A stretch of 64,000 bases of DNA, from contig NMRA01000187.1 in NCBI GenBank assembly GCA_002633005.1, forward strand, positions 615,740-679,739. Reading direction: 5' to 3'. Positions 24,495-36,618 of this stretch are shown here, in pieces (position 1 is the first letter of the stretch; each line of letters opens with the position of its first letter). This stretch comes from Phoronis australis. Taxonomy: Eukaryota; Animalia; Phoronida. The notes below the pieces were generated by a model. That model was not told the DNA's origin and made no database searches. It was given only the letters and a program-made list of their open reading frames with translations. The position numbers and the translations under genes are program-made.

Positions 24495-25163
24495 TTTTCT
24501 AGTTTCCTCGTGATACCATCTGCGTCATCAGATCACGTTGTTTAGCAAGTGCTAAGTCACTGTAGTATTGCATATCAATGCAAACAATTTTATTCACCTT
24601 ACTGTCATAATGAACGCCTATACGAAAAACTAGACGATAAAATTTTAAAATAATTCTAGATCCTGAAAATTCACGTTTCGACCACCAAAGTGACTTAATT
24701 TGTGGTCAGTTAAGAAGTGGATAAAAACCTATAATGCAAACTTGTATGGCGGACTAATATCAAACAAAGGTTCTTTTTCCATACCATTCGCTCCCTCCTA
24801 TTACAGCTTCGTCCATTCCATCTCTTATCCGGCCTTAATATTTTTTGCCCTTCTTTACCATCTGAAATTCCGTCCTTCCCATTTCTAGTCCATCCCTCCT
24901 ATTTTGTGCCTGTCCTAACCAGTTCGAAGTTCTTTCCGTCGGCAATCTTTGCTTCCTTTGCATAACTAAGCCTGAAGTACGCATGTACGAAAAGGCAGTG
25001 AAACCCATGACGTCAAAGTTTAAAGTCAGTTTCAAGAATTGAATTAATCTAGTCTAATTGGCTATGTTTCTTTCCGGAAACCACTCATAAGCGTGCTTAA
25101 AACTCCTAAAAGTTTCTATAAACCCTGTTTTGTTCCAACATGAGATATCCCAAGGCAAGTAGC

Positions 25164-26237
25164 TCACAGACTGCTAACTCTTTTGTCCACTGAGGTATCA
25201 CAAGTCTGCTGGGGGCATTCTGCGTAACTAAAACTTCGACGACCTGATTTGCCGATTAACTTACTCTGCTTTCTACAGAAAAATCTCTTGAAAGCATCTC
25301 TGTAGTTCTCGGACAGAAACGAGTAGAGAACAGGATTGAGTGTGGAACTGAGAGCCACCAGCATATTACAAATGATGTTGACAGCCATTCGCGATTTAAA
25401 ACCCAATTCGATCTCCACTCGGAAGGTATGGTCGAGGAGCGCCATCACGTGCGCCGGTAACCAGCATATTGTGAAGATCAGCACAATAGCAAAGACAAGA
25501 TAAGTCGCATGTTTTCTTCCTTGCGCAGTCTCCACTGTTCTCCTTTCTCCAATTTGGGTATTTTGCTGCAGTTTCACTAGAATAAACCCATAGCATATAC
25601 TTATCATCAATAGCGGTAAAACATACCCAAAAATAAAGAAATACAGACTGAACGTGGGGAGCTGTTCTGGTAAAAGCTGACACCCTGATCTCTCCTGGCA
25701 GTCGAAAGAATAGTTCTCCACGTAGTGGAAAATTAGTGCAGGCGTATTGACACACAAGGTGACAAGCCACGTGACACCAATTATTTTCGGCACTAGATAG
25801 TACCGTTTCAGAATATAGTTTGCTCGAACGGGGTACATAATGACATAGAATCTGATTAACGACATCGACACCATAGTGTACACACTGTTATACGCGGTCA
25901 CGTAGAGCGTGTAGCGGATGAACTTGCAGAAGAACACCCCAAATAACCAACTGGGATAAGTGTAACGCAGAACCGTAGACGGCATCACGATGATAAGGAA
26001 GAGCAAATCGTTGACAGCAAGATTCGTGATGAGAAAGTTGATGTCATTCCGCATATGCTTATTCGTCGTGACTACAACGATGACCAAGCTGTTACCAAAA
26101 ATGCCCAGTATCATCAAAATCAAGCAAGGTATGGGCACGGCGATGGCGTATGTCACTTCCAAACCCAGCAATCTCACGGGGTCTGTGATATTGTTACACG
26201 GATCGTCGCTCAACACGCCTTCACTCGAGTTATTCAT
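25164..26237 (-). CDS. Class A peptide GPCR, allatostatin-A/galanin receptor-like, 357 aa, intronless CDS
   Basis: Seven hydrophobic segments. GN (TM1), NLAVND (TM2), W.FG..CKF, VTAYNSVYTMVSMSLIRF (TM3), YVLPL, CWLP, NPVLY motifs. N-terminal NxS/T sites. Candidate 5'UTR acceptor at 26497-26498. Confidence 0.93.
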   Translation of the reverse strand: MNNSSEGVLSDDPCNNITDPVRLLGLEVTYAIAVPIPCLILMILGIFGNSLVIVVVTTNKHMRNDINFLITNLAVNDLLFLIIVMPSTVLRYTYPSWLFGVFFCKFIRYTLYVTAYNSVYTMVSMSLIRFYVIMYPVRANYILKRYYLVPKIIGVTWLVTLCVNTPALIFHYVENYSFDCQERSGCQLLPEQLPTFSLYFFIFGYVLPLLMISICYGFILVKLQQNTQIGERRTVETAQGRKHATYLVFAIVLIFTICWLPAHVMALLDHTFRVEIELGFKSRMAVNIICNMLVALSSTLNPVLYSFLSENYRDAFKRFFCRKQSKLIGKSGRRSFSYAECPQQTCDTSVDKRVSSL

Positions 26238-29200
26238 TGTTTATTGTATTTCACCAACAAAACTAAAATTCTGTTATTTCTGTTCTTTGAAAATGGACAT
26301 CTTTAAAATTTTCCAGGAAACCTGTCCAACGTAATTCATAGCTTTAGTCTGTGCGCGGTTGTTCTGGTCATCTTCAGTATTCGTAATAGAGTACAAGGTG
26401 GCAACGAAACGTCTATTCTTCTTAAAATAAGCACTTTTTCACAGCTTCTTGTCTCCGAAATTGACACATCTTCATCCCCTTTCACGCCTCAAGCTCCTGT
26501 AATGTAAAGGATGAGAACATTTTGGTTGATAATAAAACGGCCATACAATGCAATGACAGGTTCGTTTGACGATATGAAAGGTTGAGTCTCAGTTCACCCT
26601 GTTCTGTTCAAGGATCGAAGATCGATGTTCGACTCCTTCAAAAATACAGTCCTTCACACCACGCTTAAACCAGTTTTACACTGTCTAGAATATGGAAGAT
26701 GTACTAATTTCTGGGGAAAATGGTTCAAACGTACATGTATAGTGTAAATTAGTGTATTTTTGAATGTATCGTGCATCTTTCCGTGAGCAGAAGAAATGGA
26801 CCGAGATTCAAATCTATCACAGACGGCGTTTCCCAAGATCAACGCACGCTAACAGGTATAACAGACGCTTGCCGACGAAGGTTGCTTTAAAGTTCCAAGT
26901 AAAAGCTGTAATTCCACGTCGTAGTTCACCACTGTACGAGTGATAATCTTCATCAGAGTTGAGAAACCATCCTAAAACCTCGGGTTGTTAGGAGTATACA
27001 TCATTCGACCTGTTTTGGATGCATGGCCCATGGCCTTAACCTGTATTCCGAGATTCCTGTTTTAAATATTCGGAACACCGCATACGTTTTTATAGCCTCA
27101 AATACGTTATGAGCATATACAAGGCTATGTTTGCAATTGATATAAACCCTTGATCTCAAACTCCATACGCAAGTAAAATCTCGAGATTTTGAGTAAAGAC
27201 TCGAGATTTCGAGCTCAGATTCGAACTTTAATCTTTGATGCTGGGGTCATCAAGTGCTCGTTAGCATTAGACAGTCGTCCACGTAAACCGCAGTGTTCTC
27301 AAGCCAAGCGCAGAAAAGTAGACGCTTATCTTGAGTTCGCAATGATGTAGAACGAAAAATGCCAAACATAATAGAAGCTGGTAATTTTGCGGAACTTGAA
27401 TCGGGCGAACGCAGAGTTGGCGTTTTTCGCGGAACTTGAGTCGAGAGAGCGTTCGCTAATTATAGACTTTTGCGAAAAACGTCCGCAGAATTTTTACTCG
27501 AGTGAACACAGCTAATAAAGTGTCAATAGAGCGTGTCTTGCTTCGTGGTTTGCTGCTCCATCCCCAGATTTGTAGGTTGATTTCATTATTAACACACTTG
27601 CAATGGTGACTTTTCAAAAAAGAAAGCGAATGATGTTGTTTCCGTGCTTTTCCGCAAGGAAGTCTAAAATATACTTCTCTGAGGTTTTGCTAAGTGAATT
27701 TTTGCTAAATGAACTTTTCTTTGATTGGGTTTCCGTAGACAAGTTTGAAACATTACGCAGCAGGCGATCTCTATAATAAAGAAGATGATGGTGACGATGG
27801 AGGTTGTGGGGGTGATGGTGGTGTGATGATTATAAAATTAAAACAACTGGCAAATGAAATGTAAATAATTTAAAATCGAACACCTTCTAAGGAAGGAAGA
27901 TCTAGAAATGTAGTTGATGAAGATTTATTTAAAATACAAATACTAGGCCTGTTAACAAAACAGGGTTTGGGGACTGTGCAGCTGTGAACGAGTTGGACCA
28001 TATACTGATGACAAGTAACGCTAATTATCAACCTGCAGCTAGGTGACACCAGAGGGCAGTATTTCAAGCTAAGGCAAATCATTCATTAAATTGTTTATAC
28101 AATAAACTACATGACATTTCTCGTTTAGCCTCGCAAAAAACAACTTGTAGGATTAGATTACGACCACCTACATGTATCGAGGATGCTTTAAAACGAACAC
28201 GGTTTCCTCTATGATGTTTTGATGACATTTGACTGTTGTCGGAAATCCCAGAGGGTTGCGACATGCTTGACAAGTGATGAAGGCGTGCGTATGATTCGAT
28301 TACTTTACCGTTCCTTTTCCTAGTTTAAGGTTCGTGACACGCAGGTCAGCAATCATCTGGGAGAAAACTAGATAACAATCCACATCACTTAACTCATTTG
28401 AAATAACGTACATGTATGAACTGGTAGGCTATGTTGCATGACGTTCATTTTACGCACCAATTAGTTCGTGTTTACTGAAATGAAGATTGTCAATTTCATA
28501 TTGGGTTAGAGACGATGCAAATCATTCATGCCTATAGTAGGCCTACCCTCACGATCCATCATCTACGGGATAAAAATTGAATAGTGAACAGTCGTACAAC
28601 TTAGAAATCACCCCATTCCAGTATTTCTGATACCCTCTTGCCTAACCATGGCAAATAATGGAAATTAGGGTTACATCACTCGGACGCGAAATACGGAATG
28701 TGTCATTTCAAAGGTATTTCAATGATGGCATTGATGACGATGACATTGACGGTGATGACGATATAACCAGCAGCAGTAACTGTAGTTGTTAACGGCAGTG
28801 GCAGTAATGTTGGTGGTGCAGTCATGCATCCAGGATTTGAGGGGTTCCTACATGGGACAGTCGTAGTGGGTGCCGGAGATTCATGCACTACAGCAAGACA
28901 ACAGTGGATGTCCATATTACAATTGAAATAAAGAGCGAGTAGGAGCTATGCTGCTAATTACTCGGAAGACGACAATTTGAATGCCTTCAAGAAGGGTCGC
29001 TTTAAGTGCCTGATGTCTTCTGATCTCACATGCTATCTGTATTCTTATAAAATGCTCATCTGAACGCGACATGAATTAAAACTTAACTTTTTGACGAAAG
29101 ACGGAACGAGACAACATCTGTGGAGGCACTGAAGAGTTAGGCTGCGGCCACGGGCCATTTTCAAGTCCAGGCCCTAGAATTGATGTAAAGGACGTGTGTC

Positions 29201-30349
29201 AGGTTTGGGGACTGTTTTGTGGAATGCGTTGAAAACAATTTAAAGAAAACTGATTTGCCTGTGCTTTTGAACTAGAAAAGACAAGTTTTTTTAGCCATGA
29301 CCCACTTTTGATGCAAAATAGTGGCTGTCATTTGCTTTCAACCCGTCGCCTGCTGTCCAAGAAACCGGGTGCGATTCCAGGTGGCTGTCAAACAGATCAA
29401 AATTGCCAAAAAAGTAGCTGGTAAGGGGAATACTATGACCACAATTTTAGAATCTAGAAAGCACGAGAATCTGAAATCAGATCTTTTGTAGCATCTGCAG
29501 GGAAGTGGTAATTTTTGGGAAAAACTGTTAAATTCGGTGTTTTTTAGCAATATTTTTGTGTGCCGGCATTTTTCCGATGTCAAAGAAAAAAAGAACAACA
29601 ACGGATTTAAACCGGCTTGACATGTTTCGAAGTTTATTAAAACACCATCATAAGAAGAAAAAACACAGTGGCCACCTTTTTTATTTTTTTTCTTCTGGTG
29701 ATGGTGCTGTGATGAGCTGGGAATGCTACAAAACCTTTTGTTTTTTAGGCTCTTGATTAGCACTTGAGGAAAAGACTCATCTCTACTTCGGCGTGCGCCG
29801 GTAGCCAAAAGCCTGTAATAACCGTAGTGTGCCCCACGGAAGCGCATCATTGTGAGTAAACAAAGCAAAATTAAAGAGGGCGTTTTACGCCGGGAAGTGG
29901 CTGTTCCTATCGGCTGTTGTCAGGTCATTGTCAGTCGCATTTCGCCCTGTTTGTCTGGATAAACAACGAAAGTCGAAATAGAACTTTACTCTCAGAAAGG
30001 CGATCTCATAATACTCCTTACCATGGCAGGATTCTATTTCGGTTACCATCAAGAAAGTCGAAACCAGATCTGCGCTCAAGAAAGGCTTTAGAGTTTTGGT
30101 GTTGACTAATCATAAGTTTGTTAAATTCCAAATTGGTGCGTTTAGGCGTTCTCGTGACTTAATAACGGAAACAAGAAGCCCATTAAGGTAAGGAATATTA
30201 TAAAACCGATATTACGAGAGGTAAAGGTCTGATTTAATTTTCGTTTCTTAGAGCTTTGCTAAACATGGCGAAATGGATCTTTAAATGTTTCAAATTGGAA
30301 TCATTACCACGTGCACATCGTATGCAGTGCAGATGCATTAGTACAATTC

Positions 30350-30514
30350 CAATGACGGATTTAGAGGGGGACAAGGGGGCCATGGCCTCCCTAAAACTCT
30401 CCCAGATTCCCCATTTGGCAGTTCGGGGGTGCGAATGTCTGACGGGCAAAATCATGGCTAATACTCTGCCCTGCCCCCCCCCCCCCCAACTCAAAAATCC
30501 TGGATCGGCCCGTC
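30350..30514. mobile_element. GC-rich MITE, family A, 5-bp TSD AATTC
   Basis: Inverted homolog of 6212-6370 with AATTC on both flanks. Confidence 0.82.
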
Positions 30515-30648
30515 AATTCAGTGTAGAATCGTCAACCTGCTGATTATACGTAGAAAAACTCCACTTTGTCAAAAAAATAAATCATACAAAACTGCTGTAC
30601 ATAAAAAGTGTTTAGTTAGAAATTGTTTGCGTAACTCCTAGTGATCTA

Positions 30649-30787
30649 CAGGAGCGGATCCAGGATTTTTAGTTGGAGGGTCAGGGCACAGTATTAGCCA
30701 TGATTTTGTCCGTCAGACATTCGCACCCACGAACTGTCAAATGGAATCTAGGAGAGTTTTGGGGGGCATGGCCCCTTTCCCCCCCTG
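30649..30787. mobile_element. GC-rich MITE, family A (3'-truncated)
   Basis: CAGGAGCGGATCCAGG start and the same internal sequence. Forms an inverted pair with 30350-30514. Confidence 0.75.
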
Positions 30788-33700
30788 ATTTAGGAATACA
30801 GAAAATCAGTTAGCACCAACATGCTGAAAAAGGGCAACAACTGACTTCATGGGATTTCACACTGAACTCAGTTTTGGTGATTTCGACCAAATCTGGTTGT
30901 CAAATTAAAACACAAAGAACTTGAAAGATGCGTTTTAGTCGTGTTTGTTTTCGTGTGCAAAACGCTAACATTTGCATTTTCAAATGAAAACGGATACGTG
31001 CTGCAGGGCCCGAGAGCATCGCAAACCGTAACAAGTGGACGTCGAGAAAACAGTAGCAGCCTGCTCTTAATTGATTCGTGTAATTTGCATGTAAGTAGCC
31101 GACGGAGATATTTGAGTTAAAAGATTGCATTAACGAAATCGACCGATAACAAAGTTATGATTTCTAAAGACATGGTAATAACTTCAACAAGACATGATGT
31201 TTTGATCTCGCAGTAATTGTTAACTTACGCGGATCTAATGATTCTAACCATACCGTTATTTACTCAGTGAATAAGCAATTTTGTATTGATCAACTACTTT
31301 GATACCTACGGACAGACTTGATGCATTGATCTGTGACTTCATTTAGGTTTGACTTTAGAAACGATTACGACAACGTACCTTGCCACTCTCAGACCAAGCT
31401 CACACCAAACCCGACACGCATTTCACCGCCATCTTATTTGCAATCATCTCATAGTACATGTATAAGTATACCCTATATTACCCTATGTATTACATAAATA
31501 TTTGGAACAACACTCGAACGTTGACCACAAAGGATTGTTCACGTGAATCAGCCCCGTAAGAGGCGATCGCTCTAAAAGCAGTTCATTTGTGACGTAACTG
31601 TCCATAGCCCAGTTAGCCAAATAAACAGAATTTTCCGCATTTTTGAGTTCAACTAGAAACCGATTGTGAATTGCAAGAACGAAAACAACGTCGATGGAAT
31701 GTTTACCTGGGACACTAATACGGTCAAACAGATGTACGGCGTTGTTGGCAGAGTGCAAGCGGACTTGAAATCAAAACTCGGGGATACTCCTCGAAAGTGT
31801 TGGTAAAGACCTACCGAGGGCGTGTTTTTACTGCCTCGTTAGCAGACCTGTATTGTTTCACATGCATTTTTGGCAAACGTGACATCGCCCTGGGTATTTG
31901 ACATTCGCCCAAGCAGCTTTGGGTTCTGGGTAAACCTAGTGTCGGGTCGAGTGCATGCAAAGTGTTGGAGATGAGTAAAAAGGGCAGCCCGAGTGTTGTA
32001 TTAGTATAAAGGCTTTGTCATCACTTGTATTATCGCCAGGGGTCGCTGCTGCCTTTTTTCTGGGTTGCCGTGTTACTCCGGAAGGACGCTAAAAGTACTC
32101 CTCCAGTCCTATGAGAAGAAAGATCCCCCGGACTAAAAACTGTCGAACACTGTTACCAAAAAGCTCGCTCGTTTGGAATAAGAGAAGACGGGAAGATTTT
32201 TAAAGCCCAATTAAAGCTTAATTAAGCGCGGAAGTGATCAAGGACCATTAAGCTTAGAAATTGAATGCTATGACTAGCGCTTCAACACTTGTCTTTACGG
32301 AGACATAAATTATCGACTGAAGTCTGAAGCTAATCAAACGCCCTCGATGTAAAGCGCAGGCACATTTTGGTAGAAAATCTGTCTCTGTGGACTATGACCT
32401 TCGACTAAAACGTTCTAAACCTCTTTTCAAGTCAGGCAGGCACGTGCTTCTTACTGTAATTATTAACAGGTGAAATTGAAACCATAACACAACTTATCTG
32501 TATCCTATCCTGGTATCATTGTTTTTCATGGCCATTCTAAGGTACTATATATGAACTACCTACATCTACACACTTATCTGTTCTTGTAACGTAAATCGGG
32601 CTAAAAGCATGTCCCAGTGGTGGGCATTATAGTTTCTGAACCCTAGTTTCGCGAAAAAATGTTAGATGTCAAATTAAGCCAAATTATCTGTATGTTTTTC
32701 ATCGAAACTAATTATTTTTGATCCGCCGGAAGGTGTTTGCGGAAAAATCAAAACTTTGTGAAAATTCTGAAAAACCTTTTCTTAGTTGTCTCAATTACAA
32801 ACAATTTAAAACAGTCGAAAATGGTAAGACAAACATTCGGCAATTTTAAAAACAACTGGTCCATCTTGGTGAATTAGTTAAGTTTACGTCACAGGTGTCA
32901 AAATGGTTTCTAATGACTTGTGACTCATGTTAAAGAACATTCATTGACAGCGAGCTATTTATACAGAGAGCGCAAGCTGACACAGAGCCGGCAGTCTATT
33001 TTGTGCCCATCATCTAGAAAATATTTTCTCTTATCGTAAATGAGGTACTTAACCATGTTTTGCCAAGAGGGTGTGCATCGCGAAATATTTGAAACAGCAC
33101 AATTTAGAGTTTTCAACATTTCTCTTCCACTTACCGCTACTCAACATTAAAATCAACAAGTTTGCTAATTAGGCTAACCTAGACTAAAAATGTTCCGATT
33201 GCGTGTTCCAACATGCTCTTGTAGATATGTAATCTGCGATGACTAAATTGAAGCGGACATATTTTGGATGGATGGCCTGCCCTATCATTTTGACTCGCTT
33301 CGGGTGTTCTTCGTGTCAACCGACGGAAATGATCTTGTTAGGATGCGCGACTACTTAAATTAACGGAAATGCGGTTCAGCCAATTGCCCGGAAGATTCGG
33401 TAAGTGTGACCGTGTGACATTTCATACTTTTGGATTCCAGTGCAGTATTTTGGCCTGAAAAGGCAACTTTTTTCAACGTCGCTTCCAATGTTCAGTACTA
33501 CGTTTACAGTGCCGTCCAAAGTCGGGGCACATCAGTCGGACGTCTGATCTGCCGTCTGAAAATAGTTCGCACGTGAACGCTCGTCATACGTCTGATCTTC
33601 CTTCTTATCAACTGATCCAAATAAGACGACAGGTCTGTCTTCTTACAGTAAGAAACCTGCATTCCAGTGACGCGTGGATTAGGATTAGACTCTAGTGAAT

Positions 33701-34004
33701 TTTCACCCGTGGTGATCGCACCGCGGTTGGGCAGAATGCAACTTGCAATACGACAAGGGCTTGTTAAACGGAAATGTCATAATTACTTAACAACTTTTTA
33801 TAATAGTCTACGCAGAGACTTACACCACAACTTATGACTCAGTAGCCACCAATCTCCGTTTAGAGTCTGTTAAAAAAAACACGAAAGTTTAGTCGGAAGC
33901 AGGTGCGACCTTGATTGAGCATCCCAGTGAAAGCTCGTTTTCAGCGGCTGATCTGCCTTTCTATAGGCACATTATCGGCTTCATAACCAAAAACCGCGTA
34001 TTCG

Positions 34005-34146
34005 CATGGGCGGCGCAGCACTGAAAAAGTGGAGAGAAGCCCCCTCAGCACCCCTGTGGTGCATCGCCTATAGACCACGTGCTGCGCCATTGCACTGAAA
34101 AATGTGGGGGGCTATAGCCCCAGCCCCTTATGGTGCGCCGCCCGTG
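34005..34146. mobile_element. GC-rich MITE, family B (dimeric), 5-bp TSD ATTCG
   Basis: TIR CATGGGCGGCGCA/TGCGCCGCCCGTG with ATTCG on both flanks. Confidence 0.85.
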
Positions 34147-34334
34147 ATTCGGTATTATTGTTCGGAAGGATAGACTTTTTGAAGTTGTGTTCTTGTGATT
34201 TCAGTTCAAAAAAGTCAATTCTGGCCGTTCTGCCAGACATTCGATGAAATCGAGGCCAGTGACTGAGCCACTTAAATACCCTTAAAATGTTATGTCAAGT
34301 AGGCTATTGAAATGGGTTTTAGAACCAGCAGCAG

Positions 34335-34486
34335 CAGTGCTGTAGTGGTAAAATAAGAGGTAAGTAGGCGCTCAAAGCCCACCTACGTTGAGCATTGAAC
34401 GTAACTTACGGTGCGTAGGCGCTACGTTCAAATGCCGAAAGGTGGTTGGCTGCGCCAACGTGCGCCTACGCCCCACTACAGCACTG
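34335..34486. mobile_element. hAT-like MITE (second copy)
   Basis: TIR CAGTGCTGTAGTGG/CCACTACAGCACTG. ACCAGCAG occurs on both sides, with an extra CAG on the left. Confidence 0.82.
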
Positions 34487-35278
34487 ACCAGCAGACTGTA
34501 CTGCTACTGCTGGGGCTGCAGGTTCGATTCCTCACTGAGGCTGATATCAGCAAATAACATTTCTCGCTCACAATATTCCTTTGATATAAAAATTCCACGG
34601 CGGGCCATAGTTGCCTGCCCAACAGACTGACCACGTGATGTTGTATTTACATAACGTGCTACTCGACAGACTATCAAAATATTAGGATGACATATATCTC
34701 GTAACTTTACTGATTAACAAATGTTGTCGGGTTTTCGCGTTCAGTTCCGCTAACCTGTTCCATGACTTATGGGAAGCGGCCAAAAGTAGGATTTGTTGAT
34801 TGAAAATTGTGAATTCTCAAAGTGTGTTGCCATGTGACCACCCGAAGGTCTGAGAACATTTATCTTCGTTATTTGAACAATATAAAAACTATCATTCAAG
34901 CTTGACCGAGCTTCTCGTTTTCTCAAATCCGTTCGAACCGTTCTCAACCTTTCCATATTGCTTGAATACCTCATTTGTATTGGTGAACGGCGAAAAGTGA
35001 TTACACTGTTGATTTTTATTGTCGAAACCGTGATATGTTCAACAAAATGATTAGATAGTGTAATGATCTTCAGCCGCAAATGGTCACTTTAAATATTCAT
35101 GAAACACGTTTTAAACAATTCCAGGCAAAAGTACCTCGTAACGTCTACGAGATAGATATTCATTTAGATCTGTAAAGGTATCTCCAGAAAAAATCCCCAA
35201 GTTCACTAGTCATAAAAACTCATGAAATAAAAACTTTCTTTTCTCAACCCAGTTTCAAACTTCCCTCCAACAGTTGTT

Positions 35279-35505
35279 ATATGTGTATGCGTGTATGCAA
35301 ATGCGCTAATATATGTGTATGCGTGTATGTAGATGCGCTAATATATGTGTATGCGTGTATGCAGATGCGCTAATATATGTGTATGCGTGTATGCAGATGC
35401 GCTAATATATGTGTATGCGTGTATGCAGACTGCGCTAATATATGTGTATGCGTGTATGCAGATGCGCTAATATATGTGTGTGCGTGTATGCAGATGCGCT
35501 AATAT
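35279..35505. repeat. 32-bp minisatellite, about 7 copies
   Basis: Unit ATATGTGTATGCGTGTATGCAGATGCGCTAAT. Confidence 0.95.
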
Positions 35506-36551
35506 TCATGCTCTGTCAAAGTGAAACCAACCGATGAAAAAGCAGAACATAAAACTCCACATTCCTCTAACCGTACAAAAGTCCGTGGTGTCATAACACA
35601 TACAATTGTGGCTGGAATACTCGCTATCTCATCCTCAAGGCTGCCCTACTAACTAAAATTAGATTTTTTAAATAAAATTAAGAAAAGACAAGATGAGAAC
35701 AGTCCGGGAGAGAAAAGAATTTGGTTGATTTTTTCATGGTCATAGGCGCGGACCCAGAAGGGGGTGCAAGGGAACCGGACCACTGTGCTCAGTCACATTT
35801 ACATTGTTCAAACCCCCTTATGTCCGTTGTCTAACGGTTAGGATCCTGTATCCGCTCATGTACGGACATAGTGATGTTGTTTTTCCGCATTCTGGCACAC
35901 GCACATGGCAGCTATTCGCTTAAAACAATGCCAGCTGTATGAAGATCTAAAGAAATGTTGGTCTATGTACAGACCATGCGACATCTGACGTTTTGCCTAG
36001 TGAGCACTAACTATTACGGATATACAAATAATTATACCGTCGCATGCATTATACAACTGTCTCTAAGAAAATCACACAGGAAAGACGTTTCTGAGTAACA
36101 CCTTTGAGCGCCAAGAGCGGAGACAGGATCATGCTAGAGGGAAGTCTGACTATGAACAAACAAGGGACACCTCGTATTCTTACATAACAACACTGCAAAA
36201 CTGACCTGATAAGGGGTTTGGACACCTACTCTGGGTCCGTCCCTGTGCATATTTTACGGAATCCAGCAGTTAGCCTACACTAACCAGTATAAGCTGTGCA
36301 CTGCTTCACAAGGACGTTTTTAAGATTTAACAATGCCATGGGCTCTTCTGTCTGTAATAGGCCAATCGTTTTGTCCTGCGTAGACAAATGCATTTTTAAT
36401 CGGATTAAATAATTAAAATTATAAATAGGCGCTATCTTAGGAAACTTGGAATCTGCAACTTCGGTGAATTCACTACTTTGTGTTCGTTTTTTCTAAAATA
36501 GGATTACGTTTTTGGTCACCTTACATTTGCTAAAATATCGATACCTAACAA

Positions 36552-36618
36552 CAAGGGCGGCGCAGCACTCAAATAAGTGGGGGGGGGGTAGCCTCCCCCC
36601 TATGGTGCGCCGTCCATG
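36552..36618. mobile_element. GC-rich MITE, family B monomer (67 bp), 5-bp TSD AACAA
   Basis: CAAGGGCGGCGCA...TGCGCCGTCCATG with AACAA on both flanks. Confidence 0.8.

Noticed and set aside
25396-26334. Overlapping ORFs within or antisense to the GPCR
   Set aside because: They are shadow frames of a real CDS with no motifs of their own.
29338-29868. 176-aa ORF
   Set aside because: Non-ATG start, low-complexity stretches and no recognisable domain. It lies in repeat-like DNA.
31880-32110. SINE-core-like segment
   Set aside because: No A/B boxes, TSD or second copy are visible in the window, so I cannot support it.
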